A DNA stretch of 63,423 nucleotides, filler included, from 4 parts of 4 records of this genome joined end to end with filler, not necessarily neighbours in it; one strand, 5' to 3'; shown: positions 10,707-21,174, counted from the first letter of the whole stretch. Program-made: numbers and translations. The notes: a model not told the origin generated them from the letters alone.

Positions 10707-11330
10707 TTACTTGTTTTGTTCTTCTTTCTTGATCAGGTAATTAACCACATTATAGATATTTTCACTGCCGCCAGCAGTAGAAGCATCGACTAAATATTTA
10801 CCGTTAACCACTAATGTTGGTGTGCCACGAACGCCATACGCACGGATTTTAGCGTCCGCTTGGCTAAGGCGACTTTCCACCGCAAATGAATTGTATTGCT
10901 TGCGGAATACGTCTTCGCTTACACCGTGTTTCGCGAAGAATGCCGCTAATGAGTCTTCTGTATTTAGACGTTCACGTTTTACATTGATTGCGTTGTAGAT
11001 ATCTTCATGAACCTTGTCTTCAATGCCCAATAGATCGGCGACATAAAAGGCTTTTGCGTGAGCCAACCAGTTACGACCAAAGACCGCGGGTAAGTATTTG
11101 AAATCGACGTCATTGGAAATGGTTTTTTTCCAAGCTTGAGTGGATGGCTCAAGGTGGAAACAATGTGGGCAGCCAAACCAAAAGACTTCAACCACTTCTA
11201 CTTTGCTTGGGTCTGCGGTGCGAACAGGGGTCGGGATTGTGGTGTAGCCGTTTCCATCGCTGTAATCTTTTGCGTAGGATGTCAGAGGGATAAGTAAAGT
11301 AAGGATTAACGCTGAAAATAGCTTTTTCAT
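10707..11330 (-). CDS. dsbA: Thiol:disulfide oxidase DsbA
   Basis: Signal peptide MKKLFSAL, CPHC active site, cis-Pro GTP; GGAG RBS before the ATG at 11330. Confidence 0.95.
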   Translation of the reverse strand: MKKLFSALILTLLIPLTSYAKDYSDGNGYTTIPTPVRTADPSKVEVVEVFWFGCPHCFHLEPSTQAWKKTISNDVDFKYLPAVFGRNWLAHAKAFYVADLLGIEDKVHEDIYNAINVKRERLNTEDSLAAFFAKHGVSEDVFRKQYNSFAVESRLSQADAKIRAYGVRGTPTLVVNGKYLVDASTAGGSENIYNVVNYLIKKEEQNK

Positions 11331-11436
11331 TGATGGCTCCTGATGATCAATGTTTATCGAGACTCGCAATTATATTGCCAGATTTTCGACTTTATTCGAT
11401 GTTTTGTCTGTTATAAAGTTCTTCCATTTGACCAAG

Positions 11437-11452
11437 TTTACGTAAAACTTAC
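11437..11452 (-). promoter_or_regulatory. Putative CpxR-type box upstream of dsbA
   Basis: Minus strand GTAAG-N6-GTAAA, 21 nt upstream of a TATAAC -10-like hexamer (11415-11410). Confidence 0.45.
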
Positions 11453-11515
11453 AAGGTTCTCTAAGTGCTTGACGTATTGATTGATTTATTCATCCATGAG
11501 AGGCAGATGAATCCT

Positions 11516-12118
11516 TTAATGAAGCCCTTGTAGGTAATCTGAGACGGCATCAATCTCTTCTGCGCTGAGTTTACGCGCAATGGTTTGCATCATGCTGGCA
11601 GCGTCATTGTTGCGCTTGCCGCTTTTAAAGTCATTAAGTTGGGTTTTAGTATACGCCTTAAATTGGCCGCTTAACGCTGGGAAAGCCGCCGAATTCAAGC
11701 CTTTTCCTGCAGGGCCGTGACAAGAGGCGCAAGCCGGCACCGCGGTGTCTGGGTTGCCGAAACGATATAACGCCTCGCCTTGCTCCAGCGTATCAGCCGA
11801 TGCTTGGCCGATGCGGGTGCGTTGGTTGGCAAAGTAAGCGGCAATGTCTGATAAGTCTTGCGCTGAATACTTATCTAATAGCGTTGCCATTTGCGGGACG
11901 GGGCGTTTACCGGATTGAATATCATCTAGCTGCTTTAAAAGATAGCGGTGTGGCTGACCGGCGAGTTTGGGAAACACACTGATTTGGCCATTGCCGTCTG
12001 CACCATGGCAGGCGACACAGCTTGAAGTGAGCGCTTTACCATGAGCAATGGCGTCGTTTGTCTGGCCGTGGCAAGCCGCACTGAGTAAAAACAAAAAACC
12101 AAGACACAGGTGTCGCAT
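11516..12118 (-). CDS. Diheme cytochrome c4
   Basis: Signal peptide; CVACH and CASCH heme motifs; PKLAGQ; divergent from engB. Confidence 0.93.
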   Translation of the reverse strand: MRHLCLGFLFLLSAACHGQTNDAIAHGKALTSSCVACHGADGNGQISVFPKLAGQPHRYLLKQLDDIQSGKRPVPQMATLLDKYSAQDLSDIAAYFANQRTRIGQASADTLEQGEALYRFGNPDTAVPACASCHGPAGKGLNSAAFPALSGQFKAYTKTQLNDFKSGKRNNDAASMMQTIARKLSAEEIDAVSDYLQGLH

Positions 12119-12314
12119 GGCAGACCTTAGCGTGTTGAGAGAAGAGGATAGAATGAATAGCGATTTTCTTGAAAATGACGTTTTAGCCCATTAAATGGAA
12201 TTTAACGCAGATTTACCGGTGAAAACATGGCAAAAAAAGCGATTCACAGGCATTATATACAACCGATGAATAAACGTGAACGCTAATCCTGATTCCACAG
12301 ACGAATACCAACTT

Positions 12315-12959
12315 ATGACTCCTTTTGACGCTATATTCCGATCCGCCCACTTTATTAAAAGTGCCGAAAAGCTTTCACAATGTCCACTTGATCAAGGTCT
12401 TGAGGTTGCTTTTGCTGGTCGATCTAATGCAGGTAAATCCACTGCATTAAATACACTGACCAACCAAAAGAAACTGGCTCGTACATCGAAGACGCCTGGC
12501 CGTACTCAACTGATCAACTGTTTTGGTTTGAGTGTGAGTGATCGACGTCTAATCGATTTACCAGGTTACGGTTTCGCGAAAGTGCCCATTGCCATGAAAA
12601 AAGTATGGCAAGCCCACATGCAAGATTACTTGATGAATCGTCGCTCGTTAGCGGGGGTTGTCTTGGTAATGGACATTCGCCATCCTCTTAAAGAGTTTGA
12701 TGAAATGATGTTGGAATGGGCAAAATCTAACGGCATGAAAGTACACGTTTTGCTCACGAAATCAGACAAGTTGAAACGTGGGCCTGCGAAAACGGCCATG
12801 TTTACCGTGCAAAAAGCTATTAAAGAACAAGGCGTAGACGGCACAGTACAAACTTTCTCTGCATTGAACAACGATGGTCTTGATGAGTTGCGAACTCAAC
12901 TGGCCTCTTGGTTAGTGTTTGATAATTTGGATGAGATTCCGATTTCTCCACACGCTTAA
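12315..12959 (+). CDS. engB: Ribosome biogenesis GTPase EngB/YihA
   Basis: GRSNAGKS, SKTPGRT, DLPGYG, TKSD. Confidence 0.96.
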   Translation: MTPFDAIFRSAHFIKSAEKLSQCPLDQGLEVAFAGRSNAGKSTALNTLTNQKKLARTSKTPGRTQLINCFGLSVSDRRLIDLPGYGFAKVPIAMKKVWQAHMQDYLMNRRSLAGVVLVMDIRHPLKEFDEMMLEWAKSNGMKVHVLLTKSDKLKRGPAKTAMFTVQKAIKEQGVDGTVQTFSALNNDGLDELRTQLASWLVFDNLDEIPISPHA

Positions 12960-12990
12960 TCAGGCACGATTAAGCTGATTTACCGCGTAT

Positions 12991-13026
12991 AAAAAAGCCT
13001 CTATTTGCAGAAATAGAGGCTTTTTT
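12991..13026. terminator. Bidirectional terminator engB/gshA
   Basis: AAAAAAGCCTCTATTT-GCAG-AAATAGAGGCTTTTTT. Confidence 0.9.
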
Positions 13027-13076
13027 CGTTGTGCATCCAAGATCAGCGAATGACCGCCTTTATCAGGCGGTATCCG

Positions 13077-14666
13077 TTATGACGCTTGATAGGCCGCTAA
13101 GAAAGTATCGAAGTCGACATCATCATTGGCTTCGATTTGTTGCTGCTCAGAAATCGAGGTGGCAGCCAAGGTGGCAAAGGTGTCCACAATGTCGCCAGAC
13201 AGTGGCGCAGCCAGCCATGCTTTTTGCTGCTCGGTGGCCAATGACAGCATCGCGTTTTGAAAGCCTTGTGCTTCTTGGCAACGGGCTAAGAGCTGTGCCG
13301 AAGGCAAGAGAGCGTTATCCGCGAGTTTGTTTTCTTGCTCAATAATGGCCTCTAAATACGCCTGATTCCCCGTTTGAGCGACCAAGAACTGGGCCACTTC
13401 TTTTAGCTTGGTTAGCAGGTCTGAGGCTTTGTCTTGTAGTCGAACTGGGCCGTGGCCGAAATCGAACTTAGCGTCCAACTCTCTGCCATGAGAAGCAATT
13501 TCTTGTTGAGCGACACGCAGTTGATGGCATTCATCGCTGTCTAACAGGGCATCATCGCTGAGCATACAATACAGTAGAAATACATCAATAAAATACAGAG
13601 TCGAGGCTTTCATACCAATCGAAGACGCTGGGTCAATGTCCATAATGCGCACTTCAATGTACTCCACACCGCGGTCTTGCAGTGCCGTACTTGGGTGCTC
13701 GCCAGGTTGGGTCACGCGTTTTGGGCGGATGTCGCTGTAATATTCGTTTTCAATTTGCAGCAAGTTGCTGTTTAGCTGGCGGTATTGACCTTCGACCTTG
13801 ACGCCAATTTCTTGGTAGCGAGGGTAAGGGGTTTTCAGCGCCGTTTTTATGGTACGGATGTAGGTATCGACTTCGTTGTAACAGACAAACAAGTTGGCTT
13901 GTGCTTTGTTTTGATAGCCTAAATCGCTCATGCGCAAAGAGGTGGCTTTATGGCCGACCCAAGTGCGCTTTGCTAATTCAGACAAGCTGTCTGGTTTTTT
14001 CTCTAAGAAGCTTTCATCGATGGCTGGAGAAGCGCCAAATAATAACGACAACATCCAAGAGTTGCGACGAAAGTTGCGGATAAGAGCGAAGTAGCTGTCA
14101 GACTGAAAGGCTTGTCGTTGTGCGTCAGTAAGGGCGGTTTTTCCTTTATACGCGGCCAGGAACTGCCAAAAAGAAGCGTCAAAAGAAAAGTTATAATGCA
14201 TACCGGCGATGCACTGCATGATGCGGCCATAGCGGTTGGATAAGCCTTCGCGATAGACGCGTTTGAGTTTGCCAGTATTGGATTCGCCAAAGTAAGCAAT
14301 GGGCACATCGTCGTTGTTTTCTAAATAACAAGGCATACTCGCTGGCCACAAACATTCGTTTTGCTTCGCCAGTTCATGGTTGACCACATGGTGAATGCTG
14401 GTCAGTTCGTCAATCACACCTTCAACACTAGGATGTACCTTAGTGATGAATTCCATTAAAGATTCAGAATAATCTGTGGTAATGGAAGTGTGTGTTAAAG
14501 CCGCGCCCAACGCTTTTGGGTGAGGGTTATGGGAAATGCGACCTTGCGATCGGTCCACACGAAGTGCTTCCCGTTCTACTCCGCGATGAAACGTTAGTGC
14601 TGCTGAAGAATCGGTCTGTTGGCAGTGATTCGCCAGCGCATGTAAAGCATCAGTTAAGGTAGTCAA
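13077..14666 (-). CDS. gshA: Glutamate--cysteine ligase
   Basis: RGVEREALR, ITTDYSE, YREGL..RYG..MQ, TSLRMSDLGY, LQIENEYYSDIRPKR. Confidence 0.96.
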   Translation of the reverse strand: MTTLTDALHALANHCQQTDSSAALTFHRGVEREALRVDRSQGRISHNPHPKALGAALTHTSITTDYSESLMEFITKVHPSVEGVIDELTSIHHVVNHELAKQNECLWPASMPCYLENNDDVPIAYFGESNTGKLKRVYREGLSNRYGRIMQCIAGMHYNFSFDASFWQFLAAYKGKTALTDAQRQAFQSDSYFALIRNFRRNSWMLSLLFGASPAIDESFLEKKPDSLSELAKRTWVGHKATSLRMSDLGYQNKAQANLFVCYNEVDTYIRTIKTALKTPYPRYQEIGVKVEGQYRQLNSNLLQIENEYYSDIRPKRVTQPGEHPSTALQDRGVEYIEVRIMDIDPASSIGMKASTLYFIDVFLLYCMLSDDALLDSDECHQLRVAQQEIASHGRELDAKFDFGHGPVRLQDKASDLLTKLKEVAQFLVAQTGNQAYLEAIIEQENKLADNALLPSAQLLARCQEAQGFQNAMLSLATEQQKAWLAAPLSGDIVDTFATLAATSISEQQQIEANDDVDFDTFLAAYQAS

Positions 14667-14864
14667 GAAGCCATCCTTCTATAAAAATAAGGCAAAGATA
14701 AATATCACTGATTGTACTCGGCTGGCCTTATTGGCAGCAAGCTGACATTTTCATCTGACGAAAGATTGCAAGATCGATCCTTAGTCCATTGTAGTTATTC
14801 TCTTGTCTGATCGGTAAAATGACAACTCATTCATAGTATAAGACTGAAAAATGTTGAGAGCTGC

Positions 14865-15350
14865 ATGAACACAGTTAGATTAAAGCAGATCGGTTTTTGG
14901 TCGTCATTGGCTGTTATTATCATTGTTGCGTTAACTTGGGGAGTGGATCAGATCCTACCTCAGCAGCGGTCATCTGATATTGGTCAGTGCGATCAAACAG
15001 AGCATGAGTGTATTGTTTCATTACCTGGCGAACAGATGCCAGCGACCCTGTCTTTTGACGAAGGCATTCATGTAGACACCTCGATTCCTGTGTCTCTTTC
15101 TTTACCGCAAGACTTGGCCAACAAAACCAACTCAATTCGTTTGACCATGAGCTGTAAAGAAACCTATATGGGCGTGAGTTCAATACGCTTAACGCAAAAG
15201 CCTGGGCCTAATGTTTGGCAGGGCAATATTCGTTTGCCAAGAGCGGACAAAGAAAAAGTGACCTGGCAAGTGAAGGCAACATTGATCGAAGGCAGTGGCA
15301 ACGAAAAAGACATTTGGTTTGAGTTTGATGTGGATTCTGCAAAGCCATAA
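14865..15350 (+). CDS. Membrane-anchored periplasmic hypothetical protein (CX5C, YMG motif)
   Basis: 161-aa ORF with an N-terminal hydrophobic helix, fills the gap between gshA and hisF, followed by a terminator. Confidence 0.75.
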   Translation: MNTVRLKQIGFWSSLAVIIIVALTWGVDQILPQQRSSDIGQCDQTEHECIVSLPGEQMPATLSFDEGIHVDTSIPVSLSLPQDLANKTNSIRLTMSCKETYMGVSSIRLTQKPGPNVWQGNIRLPRADKEKVTWQVKATLIEGSGNEKDIWFEFDVDSAKP

Positions 15351-15401
15351 GGCACAGAGACACACCACTGGCTTGCTAGACAGCACTCAAATTTGAACAA
15401 T

Positions 15402-15437
15402 AAAAAAGGCGACCTTCAGTGTGAAGGTCGCCTTTTT
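15402..15437. terminator. Bidirectional terminator
   Basis: AAAAAAGGCGACCTTCA-GTG-TGAAGGTCGCCTTTTT. Confidence 0.9.
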
Positions 15438-15461
15438 AATGGGAGCCGTATAAAGCGTGCG

Positions 15462-16235
15462 TTACAAACGCATCTCTATGCCAGCGTCGCTCATGCGTTC
15501 TTTGGCTTGTTGGATACTGTATTCGCCAAAGTGGAAAATACTCGCGGCCAACACAGCGTCGGCTTTGCCTTCGATGACGCCATCAACAAGGTGATCTAGG
15601 TTACCCACACCACCAGACGCAATAACCGGCACGTGAACCGCTTCGCTGATGGCACGGGTCACGCCCAAATCAAAGCCGTTTTTCGTGCCGTCGCGGTCCA
15701 TACTGGTTAAGAGGATTTCCCCAGCGCCGTATTCGACCATTTTTTTCGCCCATTCAACCGCGTCTAAGCCTGTTGGCTTGCGACCGCCGTGGGTAAAAAT
15801 TTCCCACTTGTCCGCTTCGCCTTCTTGGCTGACTTTCTTCGCATCAATGGCGACCACAATACATTGTGAGCCAAAGCGTTCTGCGGCTTCACGGACAAAC
15901 TCAGGGTTAAAGACCGCTGCGGTATTAATGCCCACCTTGTCTGCGCCTGCGTTTAGCATACGACGAATGTCTTCACAGGTACGAATGCCGCCGCCAACGG
16001 TCAGCGGAATAAACACCTGGCTCGCAATGGCTTCGACCATATGGACTGTGGTTGCTCGATCGTCGGAGCTGGCGGTAATGTCCAAAAAGGTGATTTCGTC
16101 AGCGCCTTGCTCGTTGTAGCGTTTCGCCACTTCAACTGGGTCGCCAGCATCGCGAATGTCGACGAACTGAACGCCCTTTACCACTCGGCCATTGTCCACA
16201 TCAAGACAAGGAATAATACGTTTTGCTAATCCCAT
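15462..16235 (-). CDS. hisF: Imidazole glycerol phosphate synthase cyclase subunit
   Basis: [33 protein letters not shown]. Confidence 0.98.
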   Translation of the reverse strand: MGLAKRIIPCLDVDNGRVVKGVQFVDIRDAGDPVEVAKRYNEQGADEITFLDITASSDDRATTVHMVEAIASQVFIPLTVGGGIRTCEDIRRMLNAGADKVGINTAAVFNPEFVREAAERFGSQCIVVAIDAKKVSQEGEADKWEIFTHGGRKPTGLDAVEWAKKMVEYGAGEILLTSMDRDGTKNGFDLGVTRAISEAVHVPVIASGGVGNLDHLVDGVIEGKADAVLAASIFHFGEYSIQQAKERMSDAGIEMRL

Positions 16236-16244
16236 AACAGGCTC

Positions 16245-16925
16245 CTAATCTTTGTTGGCCAAGGATGGTTTGCCATCCCAGTGAATAAAGTTTTTGTACA
16301 GTTGAAGGCCGTCTTCGTGGCTTTTTTCCGGGTGGAATTGCACCGCAAAGACATTGTTGCGGGACAAGGCAACGCAAAACTCTAAGCCGTAATCACAGGT
16401 GCCAGCCACTTCGTTTTTGTTTTCTGGCACAACATAAAAGCCGTGTACAAAATAAAAACGCGCGTTGTCTGGAATGCCTTCCCACAAGGGGTGATTAATG
16501 GTCTGTTTTACTTGGTTCCAGCCCATGTGCGGCACTTTTAGTTTGCTGCCGTCATGATCTGTGTGTTTCTCACCAAAGAAAAGGGCGTTGCCTTTGAAAT
16601 GATCTAAACAATTCACGCCGCCGTTTTCTTCGCTGTGGGACATCAAAGACTGAATGCCAACACAAATCGCCAAAAAGGGCTTTTCAGCCATGGCTTTGCG
16701 AATACTAGGTACTAAACCTGTGTTGTACATCTCGCCGATGCAATCTCGAATCGCGCCAACGCCAGGTAATAGCACGCGATCGGCTGCATCGATAACCGCC
16801 GGATCACTGGTGACGACCACTTGGGTGTTTTCATCAGCGACGAATTCTAATGCTTTGGCCACCGAGTGCAGGTTGCCCATGCCATAATCGATGACAGCAA
16901 CAACCGATTTTTTAACTTCGTTCAT
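16245..16925 (-). CDS. hisH: Imidazole glycerol phosphate synthase glutaminase subunit
   Basis: DYGMGNL, LPGVG, ICVG, PHMGWN, QFHPEKS. Confidence 0.97.
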   Translation of the reverse strand: MNEVKKSVVAVIDYGMGNLHSVAKALEFVADENTQVVVTSDPAVIDAADRVLLPGVGAIRDCIGEMYNTGLVPSIRKAMAEKPFLAICVGIQSLMSHSEENGGVNCLDHFKGNALFFGEKHTDHDGSKLKVPHMGWNQVKQTINHPLWEGIPDNARFYFVHGFYVVPENKNEVAGTCDYGLEFCVALSRNNVFAVQFHPEKSHEDGLQLYKNFIHWDGKPSLANKD

Positions 16926-16934
16926 GCGAAAATC

Positions 16935-17528
16935 CTACAAACAGCCTTTTGTCGATGGCATTTGACCTGCCATACGTTCGTCCACTTCTAGCGCCATGCG
17001 CAAGGCTCGACCAAATGCTTTAAAAATGGTTTCTGCTTGGTGGTGGGTGTTCTTACCACGAAGATTGTCCAAATGCAGTGTGACTTTGGCGTGGTTGATA
17101 AAGCCGTGGAAGAACTCGGAGAACAAATCCACGTCAAAACCGCCCACAGAACCGCGAGTGAAAGGCACGTGCATTTCTAAGCCTGGACGACCAGAGAAAT
17201 CGATAACCACGCGTGACAATGCTTCGTCTAATGGTACGTAGGCATGGCCGTAACGTTTGATGCCTTTTTTGTCGCCCACAGCTATGTCAAAGGCTTGGCC
17301 TAGGGTGATGCCTAAATCTTCAACCGTGTGATGAGCGTCAATATGAAGGTCACCAACCGCATGGATATCTAAGTCGATCAAGCCATGGCGTGCGACTTGC
17401 TCAAGCATATGGTCGAGAAAAGGGACGCCGGTGAAGCAATTGAATTTACCTGTACCATCTAGGTTGATCGATACCTTGATTTGAGTTTCAAGCGTATTTC
17501 GCTCGACACTAGCAATGCGGTCGGACAT
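16935..17528 (-). CDS. hisB: Imidazoleglycerol-phosphate dehydratase
   Basis: [35 protein letters not shown] before the ATG at 17528. Confidence 0.97.
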   Translation of the reverse strand: MSDRIASVERNTLETQIKVSINLDGTGKFNCFTGVPFLDHMLEQVARHGLIDLDIHAVGDLHIDAHHTVEDLGITLGQAFDIAVGDKKGIKRYGHAYVPLDEALSRVVIDFSGRPGLEMHVPFTRGSVGGFDVDLFSEFFHGFINHAKVTLHLDNLRGKNTHHQAETIFKAFGRALRMALEVDERMAGQMPSTKGCL

Positions 17529-17768
17529 TGATTGGGTTCTCCACGTTGAGTCGTGACGCACTGGCATCACGGTTTAGGCCGTCAATTCAGAAAGCCGTTA
17601 TAGATTGTCATTGAAAATCACAGTTGCCGTCATTATAGAACGAGGGGTCTCTGGCTTCTATGCTTTACGCATCGTTTTTGATGAGTTGTTGCTATTGGAT
17701 CGATAAACCAAGGGATCGAGTGCTATTATGTTACTAATTCAGCAAACTAAGTCTAAGGATTCAAGTCT

Positions 17769-20003
17769 ATGAAATGGCTAAAAAGGCTCGGTGTGGCAAT
17801 GGGCGTTCTGTTGGTGTTGCTAATGGCAATACTGGCTTACGTCATGTTTTTTGTTAATTCTGATTCATTCAAAACAGAATTACAGAAAGTGGCCCTCGAA
17901 AAAGCAGACATACATCTTCGCATTGATGGTGATATTCAGTGGTCTTTCTTCCCTTGGCTTGGCCTAGAGTTAGACGATATTGGCGTCGCTATAGGGAAAG
18001 ACCCAGAAATTCTGCAATTTGATCGTGCCGAGTTCGGTCTCGCCATCTTGCCGTTGTTAAAACATACGATTCAAGTCGATCGTGTGCGTTTGGTTAACCT
18101 AAAAGCCAGCTTAAATGTCGATAAATCTGGACGTGGCAACTGGCAACGTTTCCCAGAAGCTGATGCGACGAGTACGCCTGACACCGCCCCGGCGGCAAGC
18201 AACAATGCACCGGCGTCCAGCAGTTATCAGGCCGCCTCATCAGGGGGCGATGCATCCAGCATTCCTAATATCCAGCTAGACAGCTTGGAAATCGATAATG
18301 CGCAAGTGACTTACATTGATGAAAAAACACAGCAAAAAATCGATGCGACCTTTAATGTCAATTTAAGCAATGTGCAGTGGGATAAAGCGTGGCCAATGGT
18401 GATGGACGCCGTGGTCAAGCAAAGCGACCTAGCGGGAAAAAACACCCTGACGGTATCCAGCAAGTTGACCGGTGATCTGACGGTGTTTCCAAACCGAGAA
18501 GTTTTCTCGTTAGCGAATGCGTCCTTGTCGACAGAGTTACAAGGCGATGCCTTGCCGGCTAGCCCATTAAAAGCCACCTTGGCGATCAAACAATTGGATA
18601 TGGACGTGCCCCAAGAGAACCTCTTTATGGATGGTGTCTCGGTGGATGCGTTGGGAGTGAGCGCAAGCGCCAAAGTTCAGCTGTATCAAGTGTTGAGTAA
18701 CCCGCAATACACGGCGTCTCTTTCTATCGGTGAATTCAACCCTCGCAAAGTGCTGCAGCAACTGAACATTACTCTGCCTGACATGGCTGACGATAGCGCA
18801 CTGACCAAAGCCAGTGGTGATGTGAAAATAGAAGGCAGTCGTAATGAACTGGTGGTTCAGCCTATGACTCTTGCTTTAGACGATACCAATCTGCAAGTTC
18901 ATGTTGTGACTGAACTGTCTCCATTGCGCTGGGATGTGAACGTCAAAGGCAACAACCTGAATTTGGACCGCTACTTACCACCCGAAGCGACGGACTCAGA
19001 AAGTAAGCAAGGTGAGAAACAGGCCACGAAGGACACCACGGCCAGCAAAGCAGGAAGCACAACCAGTGGTGCGAATGAAGAGCTGGTGCCGTTGGATCTT
19101 GTGCGTTCCTTATACGGCCATGTTGGTTTGGCATTTACCAATCTAACCGTGAAAAAACTGCAGCTCGATAATGTTGACCTTGATGCCACTATGGCCAATG
19201 GCATGGTTCATGTGTCGCCTGCCGCAGTGAGCTTGTACCAAGGCAGTGCAACGTTAAAAGCGACCTATGATGCGCGCACGAACACGCCTAAATTGTCGGT
19301 ATCGTCGCGCGTCAAAGGCATTGAAATTCAGCCTCTTCTAAAAGACTTTATGGACCTTGATAAGTTGTCAGGCACCACCTCGTTAACGGGAGAATTAAGC
19401 AGCAAAGGCAATCAAGTGGATACCTTGATGGCGAATCTAAACGGAGACTTCTTAGCCGAGATTAACAATGGCGCCTTAGTGGGTGTGAATTTGACTAAGA
19501 GTGTTTGTCAGGGGATTGCTGCGGTACGAAAAGAGTCATTGAAGAGCAGTGATTTCAGTGCCAATACGCCGTTTGAAACCATGGATTTTCCGATTCATAT
19601 CGTCAACGGTAAGGTGTCGACTCCTGGGTTAACCATGACGTCTGTTGGCTTATCCGTCACCGGTGATGGGATTGTTTCTTTGCCAAATAAATCGCTCGAT
19701 TATCAAGTAAATGTCGCTGTGGCTGGCAGTGAGCTAGACCATGCTTGTCGAGTGAATGAGAAACTGACGAAACTGGCTTTTCCTGTCGTTTGTAAGGGGC
19801 AGTTCAGTGATGACCCTGCCAGCTTATGTCGTCCAGACATAAAAGGGTTTGGGAATATTTTTGCGGAGCTGGCGAAGGCGGAATTAAAAGACAAACTTGA
19901 TGCCGAAAAAGCACGATTGAAAGAGAAAAAAGACGCTAAAATCGACGAAGCAAAAGAAAAATTGCAAGAAAAGCTAAAAGATAAATTGAAGAACTTATTC
20001 TAA
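17769..20003 (+). CDS. asmA: AsmA family protein
   Basis: N-terminal TM helix, IDGDIQWSFFPWLG, beta-rich body, LNLDRYLP; precedes mutY. Confidence 0.9.
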   Translation: MKWLKRLGVAMGVLLVLLMAILAYVMFFVNSDSFKTELQKVALEKADIHLRIDGDIQWSFFPWLGLELDDIGVAIGKDPEILQFDRAEFGLAILPLLKHTIQVDRVRLVNLKASLNVDKSGRGNWQRFPEADATSTPDTAPAASNNAPASSSYQAASSGGDASSIPNIQLDSLEIDNAQVTYIDEKTQQKIDATFNVNLSNVQWDKAWPMVMDAVVKQSDLAGKNTLTVSSKLTGDLTVFPNREVFSLANASLSTELQGDALPASPLKATLAIKQLDMDVPQENLFMDGVSVDALGVSASAKVQLYQVLSNPQYTASLSIGEFNPRKVLQQLNITLPDMADDSALTKASGDVKIEGSRNELVVQPMTLALDDTNLQVHVVTELSPLRWDVNVKGNNLNLDRYLPPEATDSESKQGEKQATKDTTASKAGSTTSGANEELVPLDLVRSLYGHVGLAFTNLTVKKLQLDNVDLDATMANGMVHVSPAAVSLYQGSATLKATYDARTNTPKLSVSSRVKGIEIQPLLKDFMDLDKLSGTTSLTGELSSKGNQVDTLMANLNGDFLAEINNGALVGVNLTKSVCQGIAAVRKESLKSSDFSANTPFETMDFPIHIVNGKVSTPGLTMTSVGLSVTGDGIVSLPNKSLDYQVNVAVAGSELDHACRVNEKLTKLAFPVVCKGQFSDDPASLCRPDIKGFGNIFAELAKAELKDKLDAEKARLKEKKDAKIDEAKEKLQEKLKDKLKNLF

Positions 20004-20056
20004 CCGCGACGCTGGTCTTTTAAGCTTAGAACGCAAGATAATAGTGTGAGAAATGA

Positions 20057-21118
20057 ATGCAAGCAGTAGAAAACTTCGCACCACGCGTACTCGCGTGGTT
20101 CGATGAGTTTGGGCGTAAAAACCTACCGTGGCAGCAAGAGAAAACACCGTATCGGGTCTGGATCTCAGAGATCATGTTACAGCAGACCCAGGTGACGACT
20201 GTGATCCCGTATTACCATAAATTTATGGCCTCCTTTCCAACGGTTGAAGCACTGGCGGCCGCCGAGCAGGACGAAGTGCTCGCCCATTGGAGTGGGTTAG
20301 GCTATTACGCCCGCGCTCGTAATATGCACAAAGCGGCCAAAATGTTGGTCGATGAGCTGGATAGCGAGTTTCCACAAAGTGTCGAAGGCGTCTGTGAGCT
20401 TCCCGGTATTGGTCGCTCAACGGCATCGGCTATCTTATCTATTTCTCGTGGGGTTCAAGCGGCCATTTTGGATGGCAATGTAAAGCGAGTGCTGGCGCGT
20501 TTCCATGCGGTGCCTACTTGGCCTGGCGAGAAGAAAACGGAAAATGCAATGTGGGCGTTGGCTGAACACTATATGCCAGCGCAGCGCTGCGGCGATTACA
20601 CTCAAGCTATGATGGATCTTGGGGCGACGTTATGCACACGCTCTAAGCCTCAATGCCTTATTTGCCCACTCGAAAAAGATTGTTTAGGGCGCCGCACAGA
20701 AGACCCAACTCAATTCCCCATTCGCAAACCTAAGAAAGCAGCGAAGCCAGAAAGAAGTATACAGTTGTTGGTTTTAGTAAACGAAGACAACCAAGTGTTT
20801 ATGGAAAAACGTCCTCAATCTGGTATCTGGGGAGGGCTCTGGAGTTTGCCAGAGCTGGCGAGCGAAGAAAGTGTGGTCTTGCATGTGGAGCAGCGTTTTC
20901 AAACCCATATTCACAACATCGCCCCTTTGAGTGTATTTCGTCATACCTTTAGCCATTACCATTTGGATATAGAACCGAGTCAGGTGCGTATTGGTTCTAT
21001 TGATGCGGTTTTTGAAGCAGGGAAATATCAGTGGTTTTCGTTGCACGAAGCGTTTGATCTAGGCTTACCCGCACCAGTGCGGACTATTTTGACAGGCCTA
21101 GAGAATACATCCTGTTGA
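20057..21118 (+). CDS. mutY: A/G-specific adenine glycosylase
   Basis: WISEIMLQQTQ, HhH LPGIG, DGNVKR, CX6CX2CX5C Fe-S motif. Confidence 0.97.
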   Translation: MQAVENFAPRVLAWFDEFGRKNLPWQQEKTPYRVWISEIMLQQTQVTTVIPYYHKFMASFPTVEALAAAEQDEVLAHWSGLGYYARARNMHKAAKMLVDELDSEFPQSVEGVCELPGIGRSTASAILSISRGVQAAILDGNVKRVLARFHAVPTWPGEKKTENAMWALAEHYMPAQRCGDYTQAMMDLGATLCTRSKPQCLICPLEKDCLGRRTEDPTQFPIRKPKKAAKPERSIQLLVLVNEDNQVFMEKRPQSGIWGGLWSLPELASEESVVLHVEQRFQTHIHNIAPLSVFRHTFSHYHLDIEPSQVRIGSIDAVFEAGKYQWFSLHEAFDLGLPAPVRTILTGLENTSC

Positions 21119-21144
21119 TCAAATAGGGCGGTTTGGTTATCGCT

Positions 21145-21174
21145 TCAAGGCATAACTTCTGGGTTATGCCTTGA
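21145..21174. repeat. Perfect 12-bp inverted repeat between mutY and yggX
   Basis: TCAAGGCATAAC-TTCTGG-GTTATGCCTTGA. Confidence 0.8.

Noticed and set aside
17529..17768. Histidine attenuator upstream of hisB
   Set aside because: No His-codon-rich leader peptide or terminator/antiterminator was seen.
21145..21174. SoxR box upstream of yggX
   Set aside because: The TCAAG/CTTGA half-sites are 20 nt apart, unlike the compact SoxR palindrome.
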